DNA of 63,997 nucleotides, the filler included, from Licmophora abbreviata (Eukaryota), in the NCBI GenBank assembly GCA_900291995.1. It is 12 parts of 12 records of this genome, joined end to end, with 100 filler letters (N's around TTAATTAATTAA, not from the genome) between each part and the next. Parts side by side here need not be neighbours in the genome. Positions count along the whole stretch, not along the records: positions 12,027 to 17,237 come from OLMU01002958.1; positions 17,338 to 28,324 come from OLMU01002959.1; 10 more parts are not named here. One strand, given 5' to 3'. Shown here one piece after another: positions 12,038 to 23,005 of this stretch (within the stretch, counting starts at the first letter, position 1; every line of letters starts with the position of its first letter). Made by a program: the position numbers and the translations under genes. The notes beneath the pieces are model-generated. The model was not told where the DNA came from. It did no database searches and saw only the letters and a program-made list of their open reading frames with translations.

Positions 12038-15000
12038 CTAATAACGCGGGGGCGGAGGAGGTGGCATTGGTCGCTGAGGCTGCCCGGGCGGCGGTGGCAT
12101 CCCTCCGTGCTGTGGCGGTGCGGGAGGCATTGCCTGCCCTGGCGGAGGGCCATAGGAAGGCGGCCCCTGAGGAGGAGCGCCGTACGAAGGCGGTCCTTGA
12201 GGTGGTGCTGAAGACTGGTGGCTCGCCGTTGGAGGCTGCGGTGGTGGCGGTTGATTATATCCTGGAGGCCCCCCATAGCGGGCATGGGCGGCGCTCGTGG
12301 CTGCGAGGCTTGTATGGGAGGAGGCTGGTGCGACAGTCGGGGGACCGGCGGATGGCATGGGTGGTGGTTGATGCGACATCGGAGGACCGGCGGATGGCAT
12401 GGGCATGGGTGGTGGTTGATGCAATATTGGGGCACCGGACGCTGCGGGTGGTGGACCGTGAGACGGTGGCGCGTTGCCCATCGGGGGTGGCATTCCATAA
12501 CCCGGTCCAGCAGGAGGTTGCGGGGGCGGAGGACCACTTTGTCCAATAGGAGGAGGGGCACCACTTATCAAATGAGCAACAGGAGAGGGAGTGTGAGCTT
12601 CGTCGATTTGGGAAAACGCGTGCTGTATAATAGTTCTCCGCAAACACTTACTACTGCGGCGGGGGTATTCCTGGACCAGGCGCACCTGGTGGAGCTTGCA
12701 TTCCGCCCGCACCCGGCGGAGGAGGCATTCCACCGTGACCTGGTGGTGGTGGGCCTCGTTGTCCCATTCCGGGCGCAGCAGGCGGGCCTCGCTGTCCCAT
12801 CGCACCTGGCGGAGCTCCTTGCGGGCCGCTCCCGGGATTGTTGACAAAAGCCATGAATTCAGAATAGCTGTAGGTCCCACCTTGGAAAGAAGCCCGATCT
12901 TCGATAAGATGCCAGAAGAAGCGGGATTCCATATGCGCATCGCCTTCACGGATGATGTTCACCTTGGGCCTCATCAAGTAGGCATCAGCTGCGATGGCAT
13001 CTTCGTCTTCTCGGAGAGCATGCACAATCGCCCCTAGCCGGATAGCTACGTCGTCGTCACCATCGAAGCGAAGCTTGACCTGAGGAAGAACAAGAGGAAC
13101 GAAAATGAGCTCCCATCATGATAGCCCTGGAGTTTTTACAACCGAACAAGTACGTACCTGTGACATGTCTATTCCTTCAAGGGAGTTCACGCCAAAGAGG
13201 TCGTTCAGTAGTGTAGGATCGGTAGACCGCCCAACCCATAAGCTCATATCGACTCCATTGTCCAGCAAGAAGACGCCGTTACTAGTAAGGCAATCGATAC
13301 TGAGGTTCACCGACGTGGGAAGTAACAGGCGTTCGCGACCAGCCGTCAGAGTCGGCTCTGATGAATCTGGACTATCCTCGACGGGGAGACCCATGTTCGC
13401 ATCCATGTCGTGAATCGAGAACATCCGCGGATGAATAAAGTTACGAGACACGTCGATCCACATGTTATTCAGCAAATGATGTGACTGGATACGCTCGTCG
13501 GGGTGAACGTCCGTGCCTCCACGCAAAGCGACATTCTTCATCAAGGCCAGAGTGTAAAGTGGAAGTAGCTTTAAATTCTCAGGAATCGCCTGTCCGGACT
13601 CCTGGCCCCCACCCTGTGGCCCAGGTGGAACAGAGTACCCCGACACTGTACGTTTGTCTCCTCCCTTGGCAGCACGAATCATGTCGATACAAGTCTGCTG
13701 CATCCTCATGCGAGCGTTGTCCAGAGTGCTCTTGGTGGCGACATCCAACGCCTGCTTGGCGAGCAGATTGCAGCACGCGTCCATGTCCACAGAAGCCATG
13801 ACTTCCGAGGTGAGCGATGTTACAGGCAATGCCTGCGTCATGACGCGGATACGGCGCTCTCCGTCGCTGCTCGTGTAAAGCAGGGCTGCCTGCATCGTTA
13901 CGACGGAGCTCGGCATATTCTGTTCGTCGTGAACAAGGTCAAACCCGAACACCGAGTCCGCATTGCAATTCGGCAAAGCGAGGAGGTCCGTGCCGCGAAT
14001 GAAGAAGTTACCGTAAAAGTTCGTGATACGCATTCCCTTGGTGCAGCGAATCCGCATGACGGACTCGAACGCTGTCGTCTGTGTCAACGTCTTCATTAAC
14101 TCGGCCTCAAAGCGCGGTCCGTCGACTTCGTAATTGAAGCCCACATACGAACGCAATGTTCCTGCAGTGAACCTCGTAAGCTGCCCAAGAGAAGCCAGAT
14201 CCATATACTGGTACGGAAAGAGGAACATGTCCACGCTGATCTGCTGCCGACTGAACTCCACAGCCGTGTCCTTGTACCAAGCCACGTCGGGGCGGAGAAG
14301 CTTGATTTCGTTCGGCGTACCCATCAGGGCCTGATTCTCTCGAGGACGAAGGTGGCCATCGCCGAGGTTGGGAAGAATCGACTGAAAGACGCACATTTTA
14401 CCGCCAATCTGCTTCATGACTGTGAAAGCCGCCTTGAGCGCGGGGCCGAGACACGAGTGCGACACCACTGGGTTCTTCGAAAACATCTCAGGCAAATTTT
14501 CCAGGAAAGCTTCGACCACACCACGGGATTCGTGCAAATTCACTAGCAAGTGCTCTGGAAGAGGAACAAAGAGTTCTTTCAAGTCTGACACCACCATCAT
14601 CTGCGGATTCGACAGATCCGGCGCAAGGTTGTAGTAGTGTACCGAGTTGTCGAACGTGATGAATCCAATCTTGGTGCGACCGCGCCCGGGCAGTTCGTCG
14701 AGACTCTGACGGATTGCGCTTGCAGCCGACTTAAGCATGCCACTGCGGACTGCCGTCGCACTCACGTCAATGACGAAAAAGTACGACGGTTCCTGCGGAG
14801 GACGGACCATGTACTCGGCGGGCGCAACAAACTCCACAACGCCTTTGCTGAGCTCGGGACGTTGGTCGCGATCGCGACGCATGCCATGTTCGTCCAAATG
14901 GCAAAAGTACGTTGAAGGACAGTCGTTGAGCTGCGCACAAATGTTGCAGCGCCATCGACGACCATTCTCCAGCCAAGTCACAAACGCATTAATGTAAGTC

Positions 15001-16157
15001 CGGCACCTGTCGACAACGCAGCGCGGGAGCGGAGATTTGAGTCTTACGACAGTGAAACGAAACGAAGGTACATCACGTCATTCTCGCGATAACCTACCTC
15101 TTGCAACGAATAATTCCTGCATTTCCAGGCTGAACCGTATCCACCTCCTCCTCCCCTGGACCCGCGGGAGCCATCGGGCGAATCATAGCACCGACTGGAA
15201 CCTTGGACGCTGTGGCCATACCCGCCGTCTGCGGAATCTTCTTGGCCGTCAAGCGGAAGAGACGATCCGGAATCTGGATAGAAAAATCTACATTCTCCTT
15301 GAATGGAACTGCCATTCCAGCGGGAGCTGTTGTGCCCGGCGCCACGCGCTGCATTTGCCCTTGCCCGGCTGGTGGCTGCGGATAGAACTGAGACGCTCCG
15401 CCCTGCATTTGCTGGTGTGCATGGGGGCCCGCCGGAGCGGACGAGTGCATGATGTTGGCAGGAGGAGCAACTCCTGGTGGGGGAGGCTGAAACGAGCCTG
15501 GAGCTGGGGGAGCTGCACCAAACTGACCAGGGGCCGCAAGGGCTGGAGGCGGACGAAACTGACCGGGGGCCTGAGGAGCCGGTGGGGCCTGAAATTGACC
15601 AGGAGCTGCTGGGGGTACCGCAGTTCCTGGCATTGAAGGACCAGGTGGAGGCGGGGCGCTGCACAAGGTGAAAGAATCAGCAAAATGTCCAGTGAGGTCT
15701 ACAATGGAAGCGGATTCATTCGACGGACACTCTGAGCGCTCGACAGGCCCATGATCGGTGTAGGATAGAAAACTTTGCACCATCGCACTTTCCGTTGCGT
15801 GTAGATGTAGCATAGATCAAGACGGTATTTCACGTACAACGTACGCTCAAGAGTACCATGGCGCAAAATACAGGCTGCGCAAACCTTGATAATCCGAACA
15901 CCAATGACTTACAATTGCGATGGAGCTCCCGGCTGTCCTTGTCCACCGAGCGACATGCCTCCCATTCCCTGATTCAACTGGTTAACATTGTGTTGCTGCG
16001 GTGGGGGCGGCGCAAACCCAGTTCCAGCTCCAGGCGGCTGGGGATTGCTCCCGCTGCTGTTGGGCGGAGGCGGTGGGAAGCGCCCTGGCGGAGGTTGCTG
16101 GAACTGCCCCGGTGGAGGTGGAAATCCTCGATTCGGAGGAGGAGGGTATCCGCTCAT
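12038..16157 (-). CDS. SEC24: COPII coat cargo subunit Sec24 (exons 16157-15913, 15658-15098, 15006-13158, 13079-12652, 12563-12038)
   Basis: Zn finger RCKRCRTYINAF/WRCNIC, EFVAPAEYMVRPP, FFVIDVS vWA trunk, ESVMRIRCTKG, GERRIRV and gelsolin-like FLLDNG. Splice sites fit the reading frame. Confidence 0.95.
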
Positions 16158-16748
16158 TGTCAGCTGAAGCTAAGCTACGAAGAACAAGGAGAGGGGAAAC
16201 AAAAGGAGACACGGCAATCAATGCGACGACGACGTATCCGCCTGCGTTTTGTGCCTTTCTCCACTGGCGGCGATGCTCAAAGCCACACGACCTGCTATGA
16301 CCGAGCAATACCGTTTCTACGTTGATATCTACATACGTTGGAATGTACTCGAATCTATGTAGACCTTCCACCTGGAAGGTTTTCCTCTAGTCGGAGCTCG
16401 CGCGGGACGAGAGAGGCGGCGGGGGCGATTTGGCTATAGACTACCACAGCTCTGTGTGTTGGCGGAGGGAGGTCAAGCAACAGCCTTCACCCCTGCTCGT
16501 CGAAACGATCGGTGAAATGAGAATACCGCATACTACAGCTGAGAGTTATACATACACTCAAGACAGGATGCAACCTAAAAGTCGACCTACAACGATAACC
16601 CGAACTCCCACATTTCACTTGCCCGTACGTAGTCGAGAATCATTCATCCTTACTGTCGTCTGTCGTGGACAATCTTGGTACATATTCTCTACACACCGGC
16701 ACTTTGTTATATGCATGGCAGGCTGATGGACCTTTACCGAAGCAGGGC

Positions 16749-17160
16749 CTACGAGGATGCCAAAGCGACAGACTTTCCACTTGACGCCGACCACTATGAG
16801 TTGTGTGCAGCAACCACAAGGTAAATGACCTAAATGAGACATCGCGATCTTGTGCGACAGCCAAACTACAAATCCACATGAAAACACACCTTCTGGAGCT
16901 TTTCCAGCATTGCTTCGGGAGCTACGGAAGGATTGGCTTCTACGACAACCTTTTTGGTCGCCACGTCCGTCTGCACATCAGTCACTCCATCAATCTTGCC
17001 AAGGACACGTTTCACCGCAGAAGCGCAGCCTTCGCTGTAGGAGCGGACCAGAAAGTCAAGAGGACAGGGTGAATAAGCGAATATAGATTCGTCAGGTTTG
17101 TCGTCGTCACTTGTTTGGAACGTACCAAGTCATCCCAACGTCAAATACAGTCTCAGTCAT
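16749..17160 (-). CDS. ATX1: Copper chaperone Atx1/HMA domain (3 small exons; not captured in the ORF track)
   Basis: Spliced product MTETVFDVGMTC|EGCASAVKRVLGKIDGV...LEKLQK|WSASSGKSVALASS contains the MxCxxC motif. Confidence 0.9.
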
Positions 17161-17547
17161 TTTTTTCACTAACAATGTTTTGGTCCTTCTTTTGTTTCTA
17201 TATCGTCAATCACGATATAGTTTTAGAAGTATAAGGCNNNNNNNNNNNNNNNNNNNNNNNNNNNNNNNNNNNNNNNNNNNNTTAATTAATTAANNNNNNN
17301 NNNNNNNNNNNNNNNNNNNNNNNNNNNNNNNNNNNNNTTTTTCTGACATGACTGTATGCGTCCGTACGACGTACGGAGGAGCCTCTCAGACTTCTCGAGA
17401 TCTGTGAAAGGCTCGTTTCAACCAGTTTCATGCTCAAATAATAGCATAGTCTAGGGTAGGGGACTGTCTATGCTCTACAACATCGTTATTGTGACAGTCT
17501 ACCGAGGTGGGGGACTGATAAACACTTTTTCCTGCCCCCGAGCTATC

Positions 17548-19134
17548 TTAAGGAGCAACAGAGTTGCGATGATGAAGTCCAGCCGGTATGTTTACAAAGC
17601 ATCGTGTTGTTGCAAACGCCAGAACACTCACACCAGCGCAAATGAGCATGACGTGCGCATCCCCGAACCGATCCGCAGCGGGTTCAAATAGCACTGCGCC
17701 TACCAAGGCGCCCAACTTGCCCGCTGCAGCGCTCACTCCATTCAGCGTCGATCGACAGTCGTGTGAATACACTAGACTCGGAAAGACAAATGTCGTCGTG
17801 TTGGGACCGTAGTTGGCGAAAAAGAAAGTGGCCCCGTAGGTCAGGACGAGAAGAGCAGGAACTCGTCGCAAAGAGGACCAGTAGGCACCAATCACAGCAT
17901 AGAGCATCGCCATCATGGCAAAACCTTGCGACTGTACAAATCGAGGAGATTGCTCTACATAGCAAACACGCCTTCCTAGTACAACGGCGGACACGATGTA
18001 TCCCGGCAACGCAATCATAGCAAGTAGCAGTGAATCGGTTGCTGCCCTCTTGATTTCATCGTCGGCGGTCTTGCCACCAAATGCGGCTTCCATAACGACC
18101 GGTTCAAAAAGCGTGTTCCCATAAAATAACATGTCGAACAGAAACCACGTGCCGGCAGTCCCAATGAGCTTCTGCCAGAGATCGGGTTCCTGTCGAACAG
18201 ACTGCCATAAGGATGGAGAGTGTGTGTCGCCCTCAGCGTTCGTAACAAGAGCATCGTCCCTCTCAAGCAAGTCGTCGTTGTCGTCGTGCTGCACCGATTC
18301 CTCGTCAATAGCATCTACCTCGACAGCATGCTCTGACGGGTCATTCTGGGGAACTGCATCGTGTCTTATTGTTGATCTTTGATAGATGCGTGCCTGAAGC
18401 AATGCCAGAATGATCCCCGGAAGACTCCCCAGCCCCAATACGAGTCGCCAAACGAGGTCGAGGTTGGAAACGAGTTGCAAAAGAGGTACGGTCACCAGAC
18501 TCACGGATAAAAAGCCCAGTCCTTGCATGGAAAAGGTCAAGACGATCCGCTGCAGCTTTCGCCGTTTCTCTCCTTCCGTCTCTTCCTCATTGTCGGCAAC
18601 TGTATCGGTCCCTTCTTCGGCACTCAGTACAGCAGCAAGAGGATAAACTCCCCCTGCTCCGACACCGAGGACAAATCTCCAGAGCGACAAGGTCACTAGT
18701 ACATTATCGCCAAACTGCAATGCCGAGGCGAGACTGGCAATGATTTGCAGTGCCATGACAAGTCGCAAGGCCCCCAATCGTCCCAATCGAGAATCACCCA
18801 AGGCCCCTCCCATCAATTGTCCCACCATCATGCCTGCGAGCAAGGAGGACGACACTGCCGCCTTGTCTTCCGGTGTCGTCGTATAGAGATCGTCCAGAAT
18901 GGGAAGGACGAGTGATATGTTGACAACATTGTAGGAGGTGGAGAAATTGGAGACCATGGCGGTTATTTGAGAAGAACTCTGCCAACAGTGGTGATGATGC
19001 TGAACAGAGGAAGAAGATGCGTCGTTCTTTCGGTGATGAATCTGTGCAGCAGGGACACGGATGTCGTCGTTGTGCACAGCTTCGTCCAACGCGGTCCCCG
19101 CAATGGGATCCACCGGTCTCTCCGATTCACCCAT
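17548..19134 (-). CDS. MFS phosphate:H+ symporter (PHT1/Pho84-like)
   Basis: About 12 TM helices. RFVLGVGAGGVYPLAA, FSMQGLG, TWFLFDMLFYG, FFANYGPNTTTFV and GVSAAAGKLGA motifs. Start could be further upstream (19284). Confidence 0.88.
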   Translation of the reverse strand: MGESERPVDPIAGTALDEAVHNDDIRVPAAQIHHRKNDASSSSVQHHHHCWQSSSQITAMVSNFSTSYNVVNISLVLPILDDLYTTTPEDKAAVSSSLLAGMMVGQLMGGALGDSRLGRLGALRLVMALQIIASLASALQFGDNVLVTLSLWRFVLGVGAGGVYPLAAVLSAEEGTDTVADNEEETEGEKRRKLQRIVLTFSMQGLGFLSVSLVTVPLLQLVSNLDLVWRLVLGLGSLPGIILALLQARIYQRSTIRHDAVPQNDPSEHAVEVDAIDEESVQHDDNDDLLERDDALVTNAEGDTHSPSLWQSVRQEPDLWQKLIGTAGTWFLFDMLFYGNTLFEPVVMEAAFGGKTADDEIKRAATDSLLLAMIALPGYIVSAVVLGRRVCYVEQSPRFVQSQGFAMMAMLYAVIGAYWSSLRRVPALLVLTYGATFFFANYGPNTTTFVFPSLVYSHDCRSTLNGVSAAAGKLGALVGAVLFEPAADRFGDAHVMLICAGVSVLAFATTRCFVNIPAGLHHRNSVAP

Positions 19135-19342
19135 GATTTCTAGTAGAGGCGAGGAAAGCGTGGAGGTTTGTATTGCCTGGGACATGAAATATGCAATGCA
19201 CGAACGACGGCGCAGTGCTAAAAAAGCCGAACTTGCTTCTTCGGCGCCATGGTCGAATTTTGTCAAACTGAAAACACGCGCCATCCGAAAAAGTCGCGCG
19301 TGTTTGAGCTGAGAAGTCGCGCGTGAGGAGTTCTCAGTCGTT

Positions 19343-19363
19343 GATGATGATGATGATGATGAT
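19343..19363 (+). repeat. (GAT)7 microsatellite
   Basis: Direct reading of the intergenic region. Confidence 0.9.
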
Positions 19364-19512
19364 GGACCATGACGACGAATCGCATCTGATCCATTTTCAA
19401 TTCGTAAGGCATCATCGTAGAGTTCATCGCGTAGTGTCTATTTCCAATCGATCCAACCCGTGGAGCGACTCAGGCTCCGTTCCATCTCGCTGCCATAGTT
19501 CAGAGAACCAAA

Positions 19513-20277
19513 ATGAAAGGCCCAAAAGACGATTTTCCCGGATTCCCGAAAGACTTCTTGGACGACTGTGATCGTCCGGCGTGCGACGACACAGTCAACG
19601 CTTTGAAGGGAATGATGGATCGTCTCAAATCCAAACCACGGGACCAGAAGTCTGTATCATCAGACGCTAGTGGTCCTGCGAGTCAAGAGATCGTAGACTG
19701 TCCTCCGACAAGTCCAGAATTGGGTCGGGCGACCTGGACGTTGCTGCATTCCATGGTGTGTACGAGTACACGAGAGTCCGTCGAGTCGATCCCATGTAGT
19801 TTACTATCCTTTCTGCGCTGCGATGTTGACTCATCACCATCCTCTGCTAATTTATCTCTTTATTCAACGCAACCCAGGCAGCTTGGTATCCGGAGGAACC
19901 GACACTAGACGAGACGAAAGACATGACCAACTTTTTCGAATCCCTCGCTCGATTTTATCCTTGTACGTGGTGCGCCAGTGACTTTCGCAAGAATCTAGCC
20001 AAAGATCCCGTTAGGTAAGAAATCCAGGATGATTGAGTGGAAGGTATACTTGTTGCGACAGTTGGATTGTATATCTCATGCTCCCGGGACGTTCGTCTTG
20101 ACTCCTTTGTGTTGTAGAACTTCGAATCGGAAGGAACTGTGTACATGGCTCTGCGAACAGCACAATATCGTGAACCAGAAGATTGGTAAGCCAGTGTATC
20201 CCTGCGATATGAAGACACTGGACGAACGATGGCGCAAAAGCAGCGACTCTAAATGTGTGTCGGATCATCATGATTGA
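19513..20277 (+). CDS. ERV1: FAD-linked sulfhydryl oxidase Erv1/ALR (exons 19513-19755, 19878-20014, 20118-20277)
   Basis: ELGRATWTLLHSMAAWYP, YPCTWCA (CxxC) and WLCEQHNIVNQKIGKP...LDERW. Confidence 0.92.
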
Positions 20278-20418
20278 CGCAAAACGTTAAACACAACATT
20301 AGAGCCTTTTTGGTATAGGCAAATTTTCCACGAGCCGACGAAACAGGAGAGAGTCGTCTCCGCTGAGTCGATTCCATTCATTTCAATCGTTTCTATCGTC
20401 GATCCACTCCTACTATTG

Positions 20419-21577
20419 TCAATGCGGAAGCAGCCATTTAGGTTCGTTCCACGAAATCTTTCCTTCCGGGCAGTCACCCGCCTCCGATCGTTCCCACTCC
20501 CACCGATCCCACAAGACGGCATCCGGTCCGCCGACCATGCGTTCAATGCGATCTGGTTGAAATCGAAGAGCCTTGTGGGTGGGCGTGCAAGTGTCGGAAA
20601 GAACGACAATGAATGGTGGACAAGTGTACATTCGCATGTGAGCTTGCTTGGTTTAGAACAGATAGAGCAGCCCTATCCACTGCCCTCTGTCTCTATCGCA
20701 CTCACCGTAATACTCTCTGCCAGCTCCTCTTTGCTAACGTCGCCATTCTCGAGCTCAATCCTTGTCTGCTGCATGATTTCCGTCAGGTGCGACTTGTCGT
20801 TCACCGGAATCCGGTCCTGAAAAAAAAGACATGTAAGAGAACGAAGAGGGTCAGTCCGAACGACTCTTTTCCTCTCTTGCGCTCCCCTCCCTTTATCCAC
20901 TCCTTACCTGTGGATCTTTCGCAAGTTCCTTGGCAATCCGTGTCGACGCCACCATACCTGCAATCGTATAGTGCGGCACCTTGTGCAGTACGTCCCCCAA
21001 TGTGATTCGTTCCACATGCCCATCGGCACGCCACTGTTCTGCCTGTTGTCCTGGAATGTACTTGCCCTGCGAGTGCAAAATACTCACGGGGTGCGTACTC
21101 GCAAAGACACGCGTCCCCGTTTTGACGACAAAGTCAATGCCGTCTTCCGACACGCGCTGCACTCCGACTGTACGCAAGTTGGGAGGCTGGGGAACATACG
21201 AAAGTAAACGCACAGACGCCACGTCAGTTTCAATACGTTCCATCGAATCATCAGACGCCACGGTGGTGGCATCGTCTTACACACACCGACACACTGAATA
21301 ACAGTACCTGATTCGATTCGTCCGCAGCAGCCACAGCGACATGGAAGACCCAGTGCACACCGGCAAGTCGAAAGCCCGATTCGTCACACAGGTTTCGTTC
21401 GAAACATTCGCTCCGCAAAACTTCCAATGGATCGTTTCCAGGAGAGGCCAATTTAGCAAAACTGCGTTGGGATGATTTAAGAATGCAATTTGGCGATCCC
21501 GCTACTGTCGTCGTGACGGCTTGAAGACGATGACGGAGAAGATACCGGGAGACAGCGCTAGCTGATGTTCCTCTCAT
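20419..21577 (-). CDS. Pyridoxamine 5'-phosphate oxidase-like FMN-binding protein (exons 21577-21308, 21186-20908, 20816-20706, 20571-20419)
   Basis: PNLRTVGV, QWRADGHVERI and FQPDRIERMVGG...DRWEW resemble PNPOx motifs. N-terminus looks like a mitochondrial transit peptide. Confidence 0.6.
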
Positions 21578-22199
21578 GATGTTCTTGTGTCGCTTTGTCT
21601 TCTTGGTTCTCTCTCTATCTCGCTGGCCTTTGTTTCCCCACACTTCTTTCTGTTTTCCTTTGTATTGGCAATCGGCGTAAAATATCAGAAGTCGTCGTTC
21701 TGTGGATAGGAACGACAGTCTAGACTATACTTGCGGTGCTGTGATGATCTTGAATTGTGTGTTGTGTTCTTTGTCTCATCGCGTCAAAACGCGATCTTAT
21801 TCTCGGAGTTCGCATCGGGGGCTCGCACGAGCGCGCGCATGCAGCAGATGGCATCCGTATTCACGGTTCGCCCACGTCGACGATGAGAGTTTGTAGAAAC
21901 CCGTCACTTCCTTAAAATGTACACAATAGCGAGAGACGTTCCATATGAAGCGTCAATGCACTGTCAGAGATATATAAAGTCGAATGACATGTGTCCATGG
22001 GTCACACAAGGATCCCACTAGAGTTTGTGCGCAACAGAGAGACGAAGACGAAATAGGACATATGACGGCTGTCACGGATTGACACATCTGGACAGAACCG
22101 CCTGTGGGATCACGACATTTCATTTCGCGTTTCAATCTGTATTGATGACAAGTCATCTGAAAAGACATCAGCTCTTGGGAACAGTAGAAACCATCTTTC

Positions 22200-22697
22200 A
22201 TGTGGAAATCATGGTTTATTGCGCTGGTGGCTTTGGCATACTTGAGCGAGTGCGCTTTGACAGTGATGGATATGCTGTCCCGTTACACTCCCGCCAACAG
22301 CGATGGACGAATTTCGCTCCATCAGATCATCTTTATTCAAGCGAATCAGCGGAGGACGAGAAGGTCTCCTAAAACTGGAAGAATGAAGGCAAGAAAGATC
22401 ACACACTGGGAGGTGAGCACAGCAATGATAGGTGGCGAACACAAATCTCCGAGTGATGCGGTGGTTCCACGGTCGATATCATCATCTGAAAAGGACATGA
22501 ACTTTGGAAATAAGGAGGAGCTACGTTTAGAATGTAGTACGATGGTGGAAGTGCGTGCGGAACTGCCTTCGGGTAGAACGGGCTCTACCGTCGGCGAATC
22601 AAGCGTGGTTCGTGTTGCATTCCATCGTCTAGAGGATCTCGTGGATTCCATCGTCGTGCCCGATGGCTACGATGTCTTTTCCGCGATCGACTTCTGA
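22200..22697 (+). CDS. Small hypothetical protein with N-terminal hydrophobic segment
   Basis: ATG-initiated 165-aa ORF, MWKSWFIALVALAYL; no known domain. Confidence 0.4.
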   Translation: MWKSWFIALVALAYLSECALTVMDMLSRYTPANSDGRISLHQIIFIQANQRRTRRSPKTGRMKARKITHWEVSTAMIGGEHKSPSDAVVPRSISSSEKDMNFGNKEELRLECSTMVEVRAELPSGRTGSTVGESSVVRVAFHRLEDLVDSIVVPDGYDVFSAIDF

Positions 22698-23005
22698 GAC
22701 CAAAGAGAAACGAGTTGTAATAGATTCAACGTTATCGTTACAGTTTCTACGTTTCTGTTCGAAAACCAAGTCAATCGCGTTCAAGCTCAATTTCATACAG
22801 GAGAATCATGCAGCGGAAACGCCACTTGAGTAGAGGTGCACAAGATTTCGTTGCACTAATGAGATACACAGCATCGTGGTGCGTCGGCTTATTAAGTGAA
22901 TCATCACGCTCGTTGATCAGCGTGTACACTCCGCTCGACGGCACTGGAGGAGCATCGCAAGTCGCCACTTTTTGTCGTTTGCCGCGAGCAGAACGGAGAC
23001 AAAGT

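Noticed and set aside
17361..17377. Perfect 8-bp inverted repeat TCCGTACG-A-CGTACGGA
   Set aside because: Single short occurrence next to a gap; compatible with chance.
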